A stretch of DNA of 64,000 nt from a bacterium. Lineage in GTDB: Bacteria; Omnitrophota; Gorgyraeia; Zapsychrales; Zapsychraceae. The notes beneath the pieces were generated by a model. It was not told the DNA's origin and searched no databases. It worked only from the letters and a program-made list of their open reading frames with translations. Positions 38,268 through 47,073 of the stretch are shown one piece after another; position 1 is the first letter of the stretch, and every line of letters begins with the position of its first letter. The stretch spans positions 129,302 to 193,301 of the forward strand of contig JAUIER010000001.1 of assembly GCA_030429765.1 (NCBI GenBank), read 5' to 3'. The position numbers were made by a program, and so were the translations under genes.

Positions 38268-39920
38268 ATGTCAAAAGCAGGAATCAGAGTAATGATTATT
38301 TGCAGCCTCCTAGTCATGACAGGTTTGGATCCGGAACACGTCGAGGCCACGGATCGAAGACACTTGGCGACGGCAGAATCCTACCATAAGTCAGGGATGG
38401 GCCAGCCTGTGCCCGGTGGGACTTTAGCATGGGGGACGGTGAATGCCCCATCGATTATCAATCCTGTATTGACTGTCACCAGCGTGTCTTCCTCCTTGCT
38501 GGAGTTGCTTTTTGATTCACTGATAAGACTGGATTATCAGGGAAAGTTGGTTCCGGGCTTGGCCAAGTCGTGGACGGTCTCACCGGACAAGTTGGAGTAT
38601 ACCTTTTATTTGCACGAAAATATCTTTTTTCATGACGGACATCCTCTGACCGCGGAGGATGTCAAATTCACCTTTGAGTTAGTGGAAGATCCGGCGGTGA
38701 GATCTCCGAAGAAGTCCAAGCAGGATGATATCGTTTCCTGGACGATTATAGATCCCTACACATTCAAAATCCGGCTGAGTAAGCCGGCGGAAACAGTTCT
38801 CTATAAATTTACCATCGAAATTTTGCCGAAACATATTTTTGAAACGGAGGATATTCGGCTGTCTCGCTACAACTACGCGCCAATAGGTTCGGGGCCTTAC
38901 AAGTTTAACTCCTGGGATCACGACACCAATCAGATCGAACTGGATGCAAATGAACAATATTTTGAAGGACGGCCTAATATCGACAAAATCATTGTCAAAA
39001 CCTATCAGGACAACACTCAGCTATGGACGGCCTTGATGCGAAATGATGTCGATTTGGTGCTATATCTTAATCCGAATGATTTTGAAATTCTGCGTAAGGA
39101 TGGGGCCTTTAAAACCTATGAAATTGCGTGGGAAATGTATCTCGGAATTGCTTATAACCTGAATGATCCCATCTTAAGTGATCAAAGGATCCGCCGGGCT
39201 ATTGCCAAGAGTGTGGATCGGCGTGCGATTTTAGACCAGGTGGGGATGCCGGGACGAATTGCCAATGGTCCGTTCCATCCGTTGTCCATTGGTTTTAATC
39301 GGGATGTCAAGCCGATAGAATATGATCCAGTTGAGGCGATAAGAAGTCTGGAAGAATTGGGCTGGTCGTCCATGGATTATGACGGGATCAGAATGCGGGG
39401 CGATGAAAAGTTTGTCTTACGTTTGCTTGTTGACGCCAGTGATCGAAATTATATGCGGGTAGCTCAAGTCCTTCGTCAACAGTTGTCAGCGGTGGGCATT
39501 CGTCTGGAGGTTGTCCTCTATGAAGATGAGTCTGAGCTGACGGAAGATTTTCTCTCGATGCATCGACCGCAGGCCTGGCTGCGATTCTTTGACGGAACGG
39601 GCCACGACTACAGCGGTAATGGTCCATTGATGAACTGGTTCGTCGATGAGGGGTCCCTGAATCGTTTGTGGGCCTATTCAGATGACCGAGTGCAGGAAAT
39701 TTATGACCAGGGACGGAACACGACGGACATGATCGTCCGTGACAGATTATACAAGCAAGTACATCAGATTATCTATGACGGTCAGCCGGTGCTCTTTATG
39801 TATTTCCCGACGAGTTATCACGCGGTGTCGAGCCGCATCCACAATACGGACTATTTATTCAATATAAATATGCCTGTAAATGTTATAAAAGATTGGCATA
39901 TTCCGGTAAATTCAAATTAA
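38268..39920 (+). CDS. Family 5 (peptide/nickel) ABC substrate-binding protein with no adjacent permease
   Basis: LFDSL..., PGLAKSW, FHDGHPLTAEDVKFT, PIGSGPYKF, RIRRAIA. Confidence 0.9.
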   Translation: MSKAGIRVMIICSLLVMTGLDPEHVEATDRRHLATAESYHKSGMGQPVPGGTLAWGTVNAPSIINPVLTVTSVSSSLLELLFDSLIRLDYQGKLVPGLAKSWTVSPDKLEYTFYLHENIFFHDGHPLTAEDVKFTFELVEDPAVRSPKKSKQDDIVSWTIIDPYTFKIRLSKPAETVLYKFTIEILPKHIFETEDIRLSRYNYAPIGSGPYKFNSWDHDTNQIELDANEQYFEGRPNIDKIIVKTYQDNTQLWTALMRNDVDLVLYLNPNDFEILRKDGAFKTYEIAWEMYLGIAYNLNDPILSDQRIRRAIAKSVDRRAILDQVGMPGRIANGPFHPLSIGFNRDVKPIEYDPVEAIRSLEELGWSSMDYDGIRMRGDEKFVLRLLVDASDRNYMRVAQVLRQQLSAVGIRLEVVLYEDESELTEDFLSMHRPQAWLRFFDGTGHDYSGNGPLMNWFVDEGSLNRLWAYSDDRVQEIYDQGRNTTDMIVRDRLYKQVHQIIYDGQPVLFMYFPTSYHAVSSRIHNTDYLFNINMPVNVIKDWHIPVNSN

Positions 39921-39944
39921 TTGGCGAAGGGGGTGAATAAATCA

Positions 39945-40067
39945 ATGGGAGAAATCAAAATTATCAATAAAGGCACCGATGATGTTAATCAAATGGCCGC
40001 CTTAGGCTGCTGTTGGCCGCCGGGCACCGAAACGATGGTGCGACCGAACGAAGAGGAAGCCAAGTAG
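39945..40067 (+). CDS. Putative RiPP precursor peptide, 40 aa: MGEIKIINKGTDDVNQMAALGCCWPPGTETMVRPNEEEAK
   Basis: Below the ORF-track cutoff; strong SD AAGGGGGTGA at 39927-39936; directly upstream of a radical SAM/SPASM gene; Cys-Cys-Trp core. Confidence 0.8.
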   Translation: MGEIKIINKGTDDVNQMAALGCCWPPGTETMVRPNEEEAK

Positions 40068-40173
40068 TATTCCATAGATATGCTGGGGCACGATTCTTTT
40101 AGTGATCCCGCATAGGCCGACCTCAAAAGAATTTTGCTCCAGCATGTTTACAAATTCTTTATCAAGGAAAGAT

Positions 40174-41550
40174 ATGCAATTTTCCAGTCATACTATTATT
40201 GTTGAACAGTATCCTCAGCCCGACGAGCACCTGCTGTACAACACACGGACCCAGGCCCTGGTCAAGATACCGGCCGCTGTTAAGACGGCGATTGAGACAT
40301 ATGACTCGTCGGAAGTCAGCGCGGTATCGCGCTATCAAGAAGATCTGGATGTTCTTTACCGGATGGGTCTGATCGTAAACAACTTGGAGGAAGATCTACA
40401 GAGAATCAAAGATCACATGCGGCAACTGAAATCTTCCGTGGATCGCAAATCATTTCCGGTGACACTGCTGACAACATACGCCTGCAACTTAAAGTGCAGT
40501 TATTGCTTTGAAGAGTCATCGAGGACCAACGAAAAAATGCCGCCGGATACTCAGCAGCAGGCCATGACATGGCTCAAGAGCAAGCTCATCGAACAGCGTT
40601 ATCAGAAACTATATTTGACGTTTTATGGTGGTGAACCATTGGCTAACAAGCCGGCGATTAAAACAATAGCCACTCATATGCAGCAATGGTGCCGCGACAG
40701 GGGAATCGAGTTTAATTTCATGCTGCAGACCAACGGATATCTGATGACGCCTGATTTGATCCGTCAATATCTCAAGCTGGGACTTAATCAAGTCCGAATT
40801 TCCGTTGATGGAGTGGGGCAGGAGCATGATAAGTACCGACCGCTTCGAAAAGGTGGTGGATCATTTGATGTCATCATGAAGAATATCCTTGATTGCTGCG
40901 ACCTGGTCCTCATTGGGATTTCCGTCAGCTATGAAAAAGGCCAGGTTGAAAAGATAGATCGCCTGTTCGATTATCTTGATGATCTAGGTATATTACACAA
41001 GCTCGGGCGGTTTTTATTTTCGCCGATCCACGCGACACTTGGTCCGGAAGGCCATCCGGAGTACATTCAGAATTCCAGCTGTATGTGCAATTATGACGAT
41101 CAGATGCTGGTCGAATCGCAGCGGAAAATAAATCGTTATATGCAGCAACGCGGTTTGCCGATGCGAAGCGGTATGTCCACATCTGTTTGCCCGGTAACGC
41201 GTGATGAAGCAGGAATAACCATCGACCAGAAGGGATATCTTTATAAGTGTAATTCCATGCTTGGTCACAAAGAATTTTCGACAGGACACGTATCGGAAGC
41301 CGAGTACAACGAGCGTCATCAGGAATTCTTGGGGCTGGATGTCTGGAAGCAGTGTCCGGTCGATTGCACGTACATGCCGATGTGCAGCGGCGGCTGCCGG
41401 CTGTCTTCATTTTTGAATAATCAGCATTTTAATCGGCCCACATGCCATAAGCCTTATTTAAATCGTATGGCGAGGGAATTTATCATTAAAGACTATGAAA
41501 GGATTATGACTCAACAAAAGGAGATTCAGCAGGAGCAGATAGTCAGATAA
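40174..41550 (+). CDS. Radical SAM/SPASM peptide maturase
   Basis: CNLKCSYC (CxxxCxxC), FYGGEPL, QTNG, ISVDG; SPASM Cys array C...GYLYKC...CPVDCTYMPMCSGGC...C; ~90-aa N-terminal extension; ATG 40174 has SD AAGGA. Confidence 0.92.
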   Translation: MQFSSHTIIVEQYPQPDEHLLYNTRTQALVKIPAAVKTAIETYDSSEVSAVSRYQEDLDVLYRMGLIVNNLEEDLQRIKDHMRQLKSSVDRKSFPVTLLTTYACNLKCSYCFEESSRTNEKMPPDTQQQAMTWLKSKLIEQRYQKLYLTFYGGEPLANKPAIKTIATHMQQWCRDRGIEFNFMLQTNGYLMTPDLIRQYLKLGLNQVRISVDGVGQEHDKYRPLRKGGGSFDVIMKNILDCCDLVLIGISVSYEKGQVEKIDRLFDYLDDLGILHKLGRFLFSPIHATLGPEGHPEYIQNSSCMCNYDDQMLVESQRKINRYMQQRGLPMRSGMSTSVCPVTRDEAGITIDQKGYLYKCNSMLGHKEFSTGHVSEAEYNERHQEFLGLDVWKQCPVDCTYMPMCSGGCRLSSFLNNQHFNRPTCHKPYLNRMAREFIIKDYERIMTQQKEIQQEQIVR

Positions 41551-41565
41551 TCGTCAGGTTGACGT

Positions 41566-43296
41566 ATGTCCTTTACCCGGATCCTGAGGCCCTTTAGCGC
41601 CCGGATACAATGCATTATATTGTGCATTTTTTTCTCAAACGCGATGGTCATGGTGATGCCCTGGGGTATCAAAATGATCGTCGACGGTCTGCAGGCGCGC
41701 GGAGGGATTGAGGTTATCAATTGGGTCGTTGGGGTCATACTCGCGGCTACTATTATCAGGGGTATTCTGAACTATCTGAAAAATGTTTTCAGCCATAGCG
41801 TAGGGGAGCAATTGATATGTCGTATGCGTGAAGAGATTTATGATCACGTCCATCAATTGCCGCTGGCGGAGCTGCAACGGATCACACCGTCGAGGATCCT
41901 GACCCGTCTGACGGGGGACCTGGACAATCTGCGACGATTTTTGTTCTGTGATATTGTCGAGTTTATTTACGGGGCGTTGAGTATCCTCTTGATATTTTCA
42001 ATCCTGATGATTATCAACGCACGTCTGACGTTGGCGGCCTTGCTGTTCTATCCGGTTTTTCTGGTCATGTATTTCCGAAGGATGCCGCTATTAAAACAGC
42101 ATTATCGTGGAATCAGAGAGCATTGGGGAGAAATTTCGTCCCGGATTAACGAAGTCATTCAGGGGATGCCGACCGTCAGAAGTTGCGGGGCCTATCGGCA
42201 CGAAATGGCACGCTTATCGGAACGGCACGGTAATCTCATCGAAGATTCGATGCAGGCGCATCGTCTGAACATTCGGCTGGGCGGACTGGCCGAATTTGCG
42301 TCCACCTTGGGAATTCTGACGGTGCTTTGGCTAGGCTCACGGGATGTACTGGCCCAACGGATGACGGTGGGAGAATTGATTGCGTTCTATTCGTATATCG
42401 GGATGCTGTTCGCGCCGTTGATTCGCATGGTGATGATTAACACGTCATATCAGGAAGCATCGGCGGCGTTGGATCGAATCAATCACATTTTGGAATGTGA
42501 TCGACTGGCTGACGCGGCCAAGCCTCTGGAAGATGATTACCGGTCGGGGGGACGTGTTGTCTTTGACAGTGTCTCATTCGGGTATGATCCGCCGGTGAAT
42601 GTGGTTGAGAATCTGAATTTTTGTATTCAGCCGGGGGAAAATGTGGGTATCGTCGGCGTCAGCGGTGCGGGAAAGAGTACGCTGATCAATTTGCTGCTCG
42701 GGTTTTACCGGCCGCAATCAGGAAAAATCCTGCTGGATGGTCGTACCATCGAAGACATGGGAGCGGCGACGTATCGTCAGCAAATGGCTGTGGTTTTGCA
42801 GGACTCGTATATGTTCAGCGGAACCATCCGTGAGAATATCGCGTACGGACGTCCTGAGGCTGATTTTTTGGAAATCCAGATGGTGGCCGAGATCGCGCAA
42901 ATCGATGACTACATTCGGTCGTTACCTCAGGGGTACGAAACGAAAGTCGGTGAACGCGGCCTGAATCTGTCAGGAGGACAGCGGCAGCGGATGGCTATCG
43001 CGCGGGCATTGCTGCGTAACCCAACGGTGTTGATTCTCGATGAGGCCACGTCCGCGTTGGATGCCATGACCGAAAATCGGGTGCAGCAGGCTCTCAGCCG
43101 CTATATGCGCGGCAAGACCATGATCACGGTGGCGCACCGTTATTCGACGATCATAGAGACGGATCGGATTATGGTGATTGATCGGGGACAAATCGTAGAG
43201 AATGGTACACACGATCAGTTGTTCGGTCTCAAGGGAATATATTACAAGATATACTCGGAACAGTTTAAGGATAACGATATACCAGTACCTTCATAA
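41566..43296 (+). CDS. ABC exporter (fused TMD-NBD), no C39 peptidase domain
   Basis: GVSGAGKST, LSGGQRQR, ILDEATSALD, AHR; N-terminal TM domain. Confidence 0.92.
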   Translation: MSFTRILRPFSARIQCIILCIFFSNAMVMVMPWGIKMIVDGLQARGGIEVINWVVGVILAATIIRGILNYLKNVFSHSVGEQLICRMREEIYDHVHQLPLAELQRITPSRILTRLTGDLDNLRRFLFCDIVEFIYGALSILLIFSILMIINARLTLAALLFYPVFLVMYFRRMPLLKQHYRGIREHWGEISSRINEVIQGMPTVRSCGAYRHEMARLSERHGNLIEDSMQAHRLNIRLGGLAEFASTLGILTVLWLGSRDVLAQRMTVGELIAFYSYIGMLFAPLIRMVMINTSYQEASAALDRINHILECDRLADAAKPLEDDYRSGGRVVFDSVSFGYDPPVNVVENLNFCIQPGENVGIVGVSGAGKSTLINLLLGFYRPQSGKILLDGRTIEDMGAATYRQQMAVVLQDSYMFSGTIRENIAYGRPEADFLEIQMVAEIAQIDDYIRSLPQGYETKVGERGLNLSGGQRQRMAIARALLRNPTVLILDEATSALDAMTENRVQQALSRYMRGKTMITVAHRYSTIIETDRIMVIDRGQIVENGTHDQLFGLKGIYYKIYSEQFKDNDIPVPS

Positions 43297-43298
43297 AA

Positions 43299-45041
43299 AT
43301 GAAAAAGATACAGAACGTAATCAATAAATTATTTCCACGTGAAATTTCACTGCAGATTTTCGTGGTGCTGGCCCTACTGGTTGTTGTTCCATTGGTGCTC
43401 CTGGGTTTACTGTTGATTAACACGAGTCAGAACGCAATTCAGACAACCGTGTTGCGGGATCACCAGGAAGTGGCCACGCACGCGACAGGCGCGGTCAAGG
43501 AGCATGTGCGTGCCGCCCAGGGCACGATGAAATTGACGGCCTCCATACTTGGTGCATTGCATGCGGATCCTTGGCGGCAGGAGACCGTCCTCGTCGAACT
43601 CGCCATGCGAAATTCGTCATTTGAGCGGGTGTCCACCATCGATTTAAACGGGAGAGAGCTGGCGACGTCTTTCCTGGGCTCGCCATTAAGGGATATCTCG
43701 GACAGAGAGGGATTCAAAGCGGCGGCACGGGGTGAAGCGTATATCGCTAAGGTGCGTATTTCGCCTGAACATGAGCCGTTCGTCGAACTTTACGAACCCA
43801 TTCTTCAGTTTGGACGCGTTTCAGGGGTTCTCTCAGCAAGGTTTAATCTGCGAAGTGTCTGGAATATTGTCGACGGGATACATTTTGGTGAAACCGGACA
43901 TGCCTACTTGATCGACGGGGAACGCCGGATTATCGCCCATCCGGACAAGAAGCGGGTACTTCAAACCGTCGGAATGGACTTTTCGGAGCCCACCAGGGGA
44001 GAGTCGCAGCATGAAAACCTGTTTAATCCCAATGACTGGCTGTTGTCCCGGGCATCGATTCCCGAACTAAACTGGACCCTGGTGATCCTTCAGCCTAAAC
44101 GGGAAGCATACACATTTATATCAACGATGCGCGATCAATCATTGATTCTGATCTTATTGGCGATTGTCGCGACGATTGTTATCAGCCGGTTACTCTCCAA
44201 ATTCATGAGCCGTCCACTTCGGACATTAATCGAAGCGACCGAACATGTTGCTAACGAAGATTTTGATTATCGATTGCGAATTCCCCGTCGGGATGAGTTT
44301 GGTAAATTATTTTACGCCTTTAACAAGATGATCGCTCGTATTGATGAAGGGCGGCGGATGCAAAAGCTGTCTACCATCGGTAGTGCCGCGACCGCCATTG
44401 CCTATGAGCTGAAAAATTCATTAGTCGCCGTGGATACGTACATCCAGTTACTGCCCGAAAGGCATAAAGATAGACAGTTTATCGAAGATTTTTCGCGGAC
44501 AGTCCCGCAGGAATTAAATTCCTGGAAGAATATGCTTGTGAATATTACCGACTACGCGAAGTTTTTGCAGTTTAGCAAACACGATGTGGATATCAATGCG
44601 TTGGTCCGGGATGTGGCCACTTTGGCGAAACAGCGGGCCAAACAAAAAGGGGTTGATTTTGAGATGCATATGGATCAGTCATTGCCGTGCATCAACGGAA
44701 ATGAGGCCAAGCTTAAGCAGGTGTTTTTGAACCTGATCAATAACGCCTTGGCCGCCACGCCGGAGGGAGGCAAAATTTGCTTTTCCACAGACCTGGTGGG
44801 AGCGTCGGATGATCCCAATTGTTCGCACGTCCGCGTGACGGTTAAGGATACGGGTGAGGGGCTGTCATCGGATGAGTTAAAGAAAGTTTTTGAACCATTT
44901 TATACCACTAAACATGATGGATTAGGATTAGGACTCTCCATTAGCAATGAGATCGTGATGGCCCATGGAGGCCGCATGGATGTGGAGAGCCAAAAACAAA
45001 AAGGGGCGGCATTTACCGTACAAATACCAACAGCAGTTTAA
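43299..45041 (+). CDS. Membrane sensor kinase (dCache-like + HAMP + HisKA + HATPase) with the H-box His replaced by Tyr
   Basis: TM, AYLID....IAHPD, TM, HAMP (RDEFGKL..FN.M), AIAYELKNSL, N box QVFLNLINNA, DTGEG, FEPFYTTK, GLGLGL. Confidence 0.9.
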   Translation: MKKIQNVINKLFPREISLQIFVVLALLVVVPLVLLGLLLINTSQNAIQTTVLRDHQEVATHATGAVKEHVRAAQGTMKLTASILGALHADPWRQETVLVELAMRNSSFERVSTIDLNGRELATSFLGSPLRDISDREGFKAAARGEAYIAKVRISPEHEPFVELYEPILQFGRVSGVLSARFNLRSVWNIVDGIHFGETGHAYLIDGERRIIAHPDKKRVLQTVGMDFSEPTRGESQHENLFNPNDWLLSRASIPELNWTLVILQPKREAYTFISTMRDQSLILILLAIVATIVISRLLSKFMSRPLRTLIEATEHVANEDFDYRLRIPRRDEFGKLFYAFNKMIARIDEGRRMQKLSTIGSAATAIAYELKNSLVAVDTYIQLLPERHKDRQFIEDFSRTVPQELNSWKNMLVNITDYAKFLQFSKHDVDINALVRDVATLAKQRAKQKGVDFEMHMDQSLPCINGNEAKLKQVFLNLINNALAATPEGGKICFSTDLVGASDDPNCSHVRVTVKDTGEGLSSDELKKVFEPFYTTKHDGLGLGLSISNEIVMAHGGRMDVESQKQKGAAFTVQIPTAV

Positions 45042-45059
45042 TCCAGACGGGGAAATAAT

Positions 45060-45785
45060 ATGTTATGTGACAAGATCATGGTGGTCGACGACGACCCGCG
45101 AATTATCGCCGGTATCAAACTGGTCCTTAACGAGTACGAGATTGTCGGGTTTCGGGATGGCCGAAGCGCGCTTGAATATTTATCCAAGCCCAACGAAATC
45201 CGCTTTGTATGCCTGGACGTGTATCTCAACAATGAAAATGGTTTGGACATCCTCAAAGAGATGAAGCGCATCAATCCGAATCTGATTGTCCTGGTGATGA
45301 CGGCCTTCGGATCGATGGATGTGGCGGTTCAGGCCTTGCGGTATCACGCCGATGACTTTATAGAAAAACCGTTCGATGTCGAGGATCTCAGACAGAAAGT
45401 TAAAAATCACATCAAGAACACATCGTTTCTGGACACCATGGCCAATGACCAGGATCATCGTATTGAGCGGATCCGGACGTTTGTGGAACGAAACTACACG
45501 AATGTGTCGTTAGAAACAATTGCCAACGAAATGTGTTTGAGTGAAAAATATGTCAGCCGGATGTTCAAAAAGAAAAATAAGACCAGTTTCCGTACATACA
45601 AACTGGACTTGAAGATTGAACGGGCCAAAAAGTTGCTGGAAGAGACATCCTATAACGTGACCCAAATATCCGAACAATTGGGATATCAGAATCCGGAATC
45701 ATTTATGCGCATCTTCCGCAAACTAGCAGGGATGACACCGACGCAGTACCGTAAGTCCGTCAAGAATCAAAAGGCGGGGTCCTGA
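45060..45785 (+). CDS. Response regulator, REC + AraC HTH
   Basis: VVDDD, CLDVYL, MTAFG, EKPF; S..YVSRMFK, QISEQLGY..PESF.R.F.K..G.TP.QYR. Confidence 0.92.
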   Translation: MLCDKIMVVDDDPRIIAGIKLVLNEYEIVGFRDGRSALEYLSKPNEIRFVCLDVYLNNENGLDILKEMKRINPNLIVLVMTAFGSMDVAVQALRYHADDFIEKPFDVEDLRQKVKNHIKNTSFLDTMANDQDHRIERIRTFVERNYTNVSLETIANEMCLSEKYVSRMFKKKNKTSFRTYKLDLKIERAKKLLEETSYNVTQISEQLGYQNPESFMRIFRKLAGMTPTQYRKSVKNQKAGS

Positions 45786-45786
45786 T

Positions 45787-46170
45787 ATGGAAGACAAGAT
45801 TTTGGTGATCGACGCTCATCCGGTATACATCCAAAAGTTGGACGCCTTCGTGCGCGGTTTGACATTTCAACATATCCGTTTGGCGGCTTCGGCCCATGAA
45901 GGGTTGAGCCTGGCCGAATCCTTTCAGCCCGATATTGTCCTGATGAGCGGGATTTATCCGGACCGGGACAGCCGCGAGACGCTGCGTGAACTCAAGCGGA
46001 TCTGTCCGCAGGCGCGGGTCATCGTGCAGGTAGGGTTGCTCACCGAGCACGACGCCATCGAAGCGTTCAAAGACGCAGGCGCCATGGCCGTCTTAATCCG
46101 CCTGGAAAAAAATCTAGCACCTCTCCAGGATGCCCTGGAGCAGGCCCGCCTGCAGAATTCTCCTAAATAA
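45787..46170 (+). CDS. Single-domain atypical receiver (phospho-Asp replaced by Ser)
   Basis: ILVIDAHP...PDIVLMSG...P..RVIV...GA fold signature. Confidence 0.75.
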   Translation: MEDKILVIDAHPVYIQKLDAFVRGLTFQHIRLAASAHEGLSLAESFQPDIVLMSGIYPDRDSRETLRELKRICPQARVIVQVGLLTEHDAIEAFKDAGAMAVLIRLEKNLAPLQDALEQARLQNSPK

Positions 46171-46409
46171 CGATATCCGAAACACTTGCCAAAAACTGGC
46201 TGCATGGGCTGTTGGCAGCCGGAATGACCGTATTGGTCCCTCTGTGTCCCGGACAACTCACCTGTGTCGTCTTGACGATCGCGAAATATATTGCATACTT
46301 TATCTAACGATGCGGTGCAAGGCAGCAGCGAGAACCGCACAACGAATATAGACTTATTCAGGCATACCGTATTCTCAGCTTATGTCGACTCAGCTTGCCT
46401 GAATATTTG

Positions 46410-46457
46410 AGGGATCGTTCCTGATTTTGCACAAAAAAAGGAACGGTCCCTTTTTTT
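46410..46457 (+). terminator. Intrinsic terminator ending a candidate small RNA
   Basis: AGGGATCGTTCCT / AGGAACGGTCCCT 13-bp stem followed by a T-run. Confidence 0.8.
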
Positions 46458-46555
46458 ATTTGCTATACTATACCCCGTCAGGAAGCGTTTTATTTGAGAG
46501 AAGGGATACAGGATAGTATCCGCTATATTTAATCGACTAGTCAGAAAGATGTAAT

Positions 46556-47062
46556 ATGCCAAAGAAAGATAAGACTATTTGGGTTACGGTTGAAATTCCT
46601 AAAGGAAGCCGTAACAAGTATGAATTTGATAAGCTCCGCAAGGTCATTAAGTTTGACCGCATGTTGTTTTCAGCGGTTCATTACCCGAGTGATTACGGAT
46701 TTATCCCCGACACGCTCGCGTTGGACGGAGATCCGCTGGACGTTCTCGTTTTGGTCACGGAACCCACGTTTCCCGGGTGTATTATCGAAGCCCGGCCGAT
46801 CGGGTTATTTAAAATGACGGATGAAAAAGGGCCAGATGAAAAAATATTGTGTGTCCCCGTGAGCGATCCGCTCTGGAATCACATTCGCGAGCTGGACAAA
46901 GTTCCGCCGCATTTACTACGCGAGATTGAACATTTCTTCAATGTTTATAAGGATCTGGAAGACAAGAAAGTCAGCGTCGAAGGTTGGGCTGACCGAAGTG
47001 CCGCGTACACCATTATAGATGAGGCGCTTGAGCGTTATCAGGATTCGTTGAGCTCCCATTAG
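46556..47062 (+). CDS. ppa: Inorganic pyrophosphatase (family I)
   Basis: EIPKGSRNKYE, YPSDYGFIP, DGDPLDVLV, DEKI, HFFNVYK. Confidence 0.95.
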   Translation: MPKKDKTIWVTVEIPKGSRNKYEFDKLRKVIKFDRMLFSAVHYPSDYGFIPDTLALDGDPLDVLVLVTEPTFPGCIIEARPIGLFKMTDEKGPDEKILCVPVSDPLWNHIRELDKVPPHLLREIEHFFNVYKDLEDKKVSVEGWADRSAAYTIIDEALERYQDSLSSH

Positions 47063-47073
47063 TTTTAAATTTT

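Noticed and set aside
46311-46339. SRP RNA (GCAGCAGC resembles part of helix 8)
   Set aside because: Lacks the CAGG...GGAA tetraloop arrangement and the long SRP hairpin
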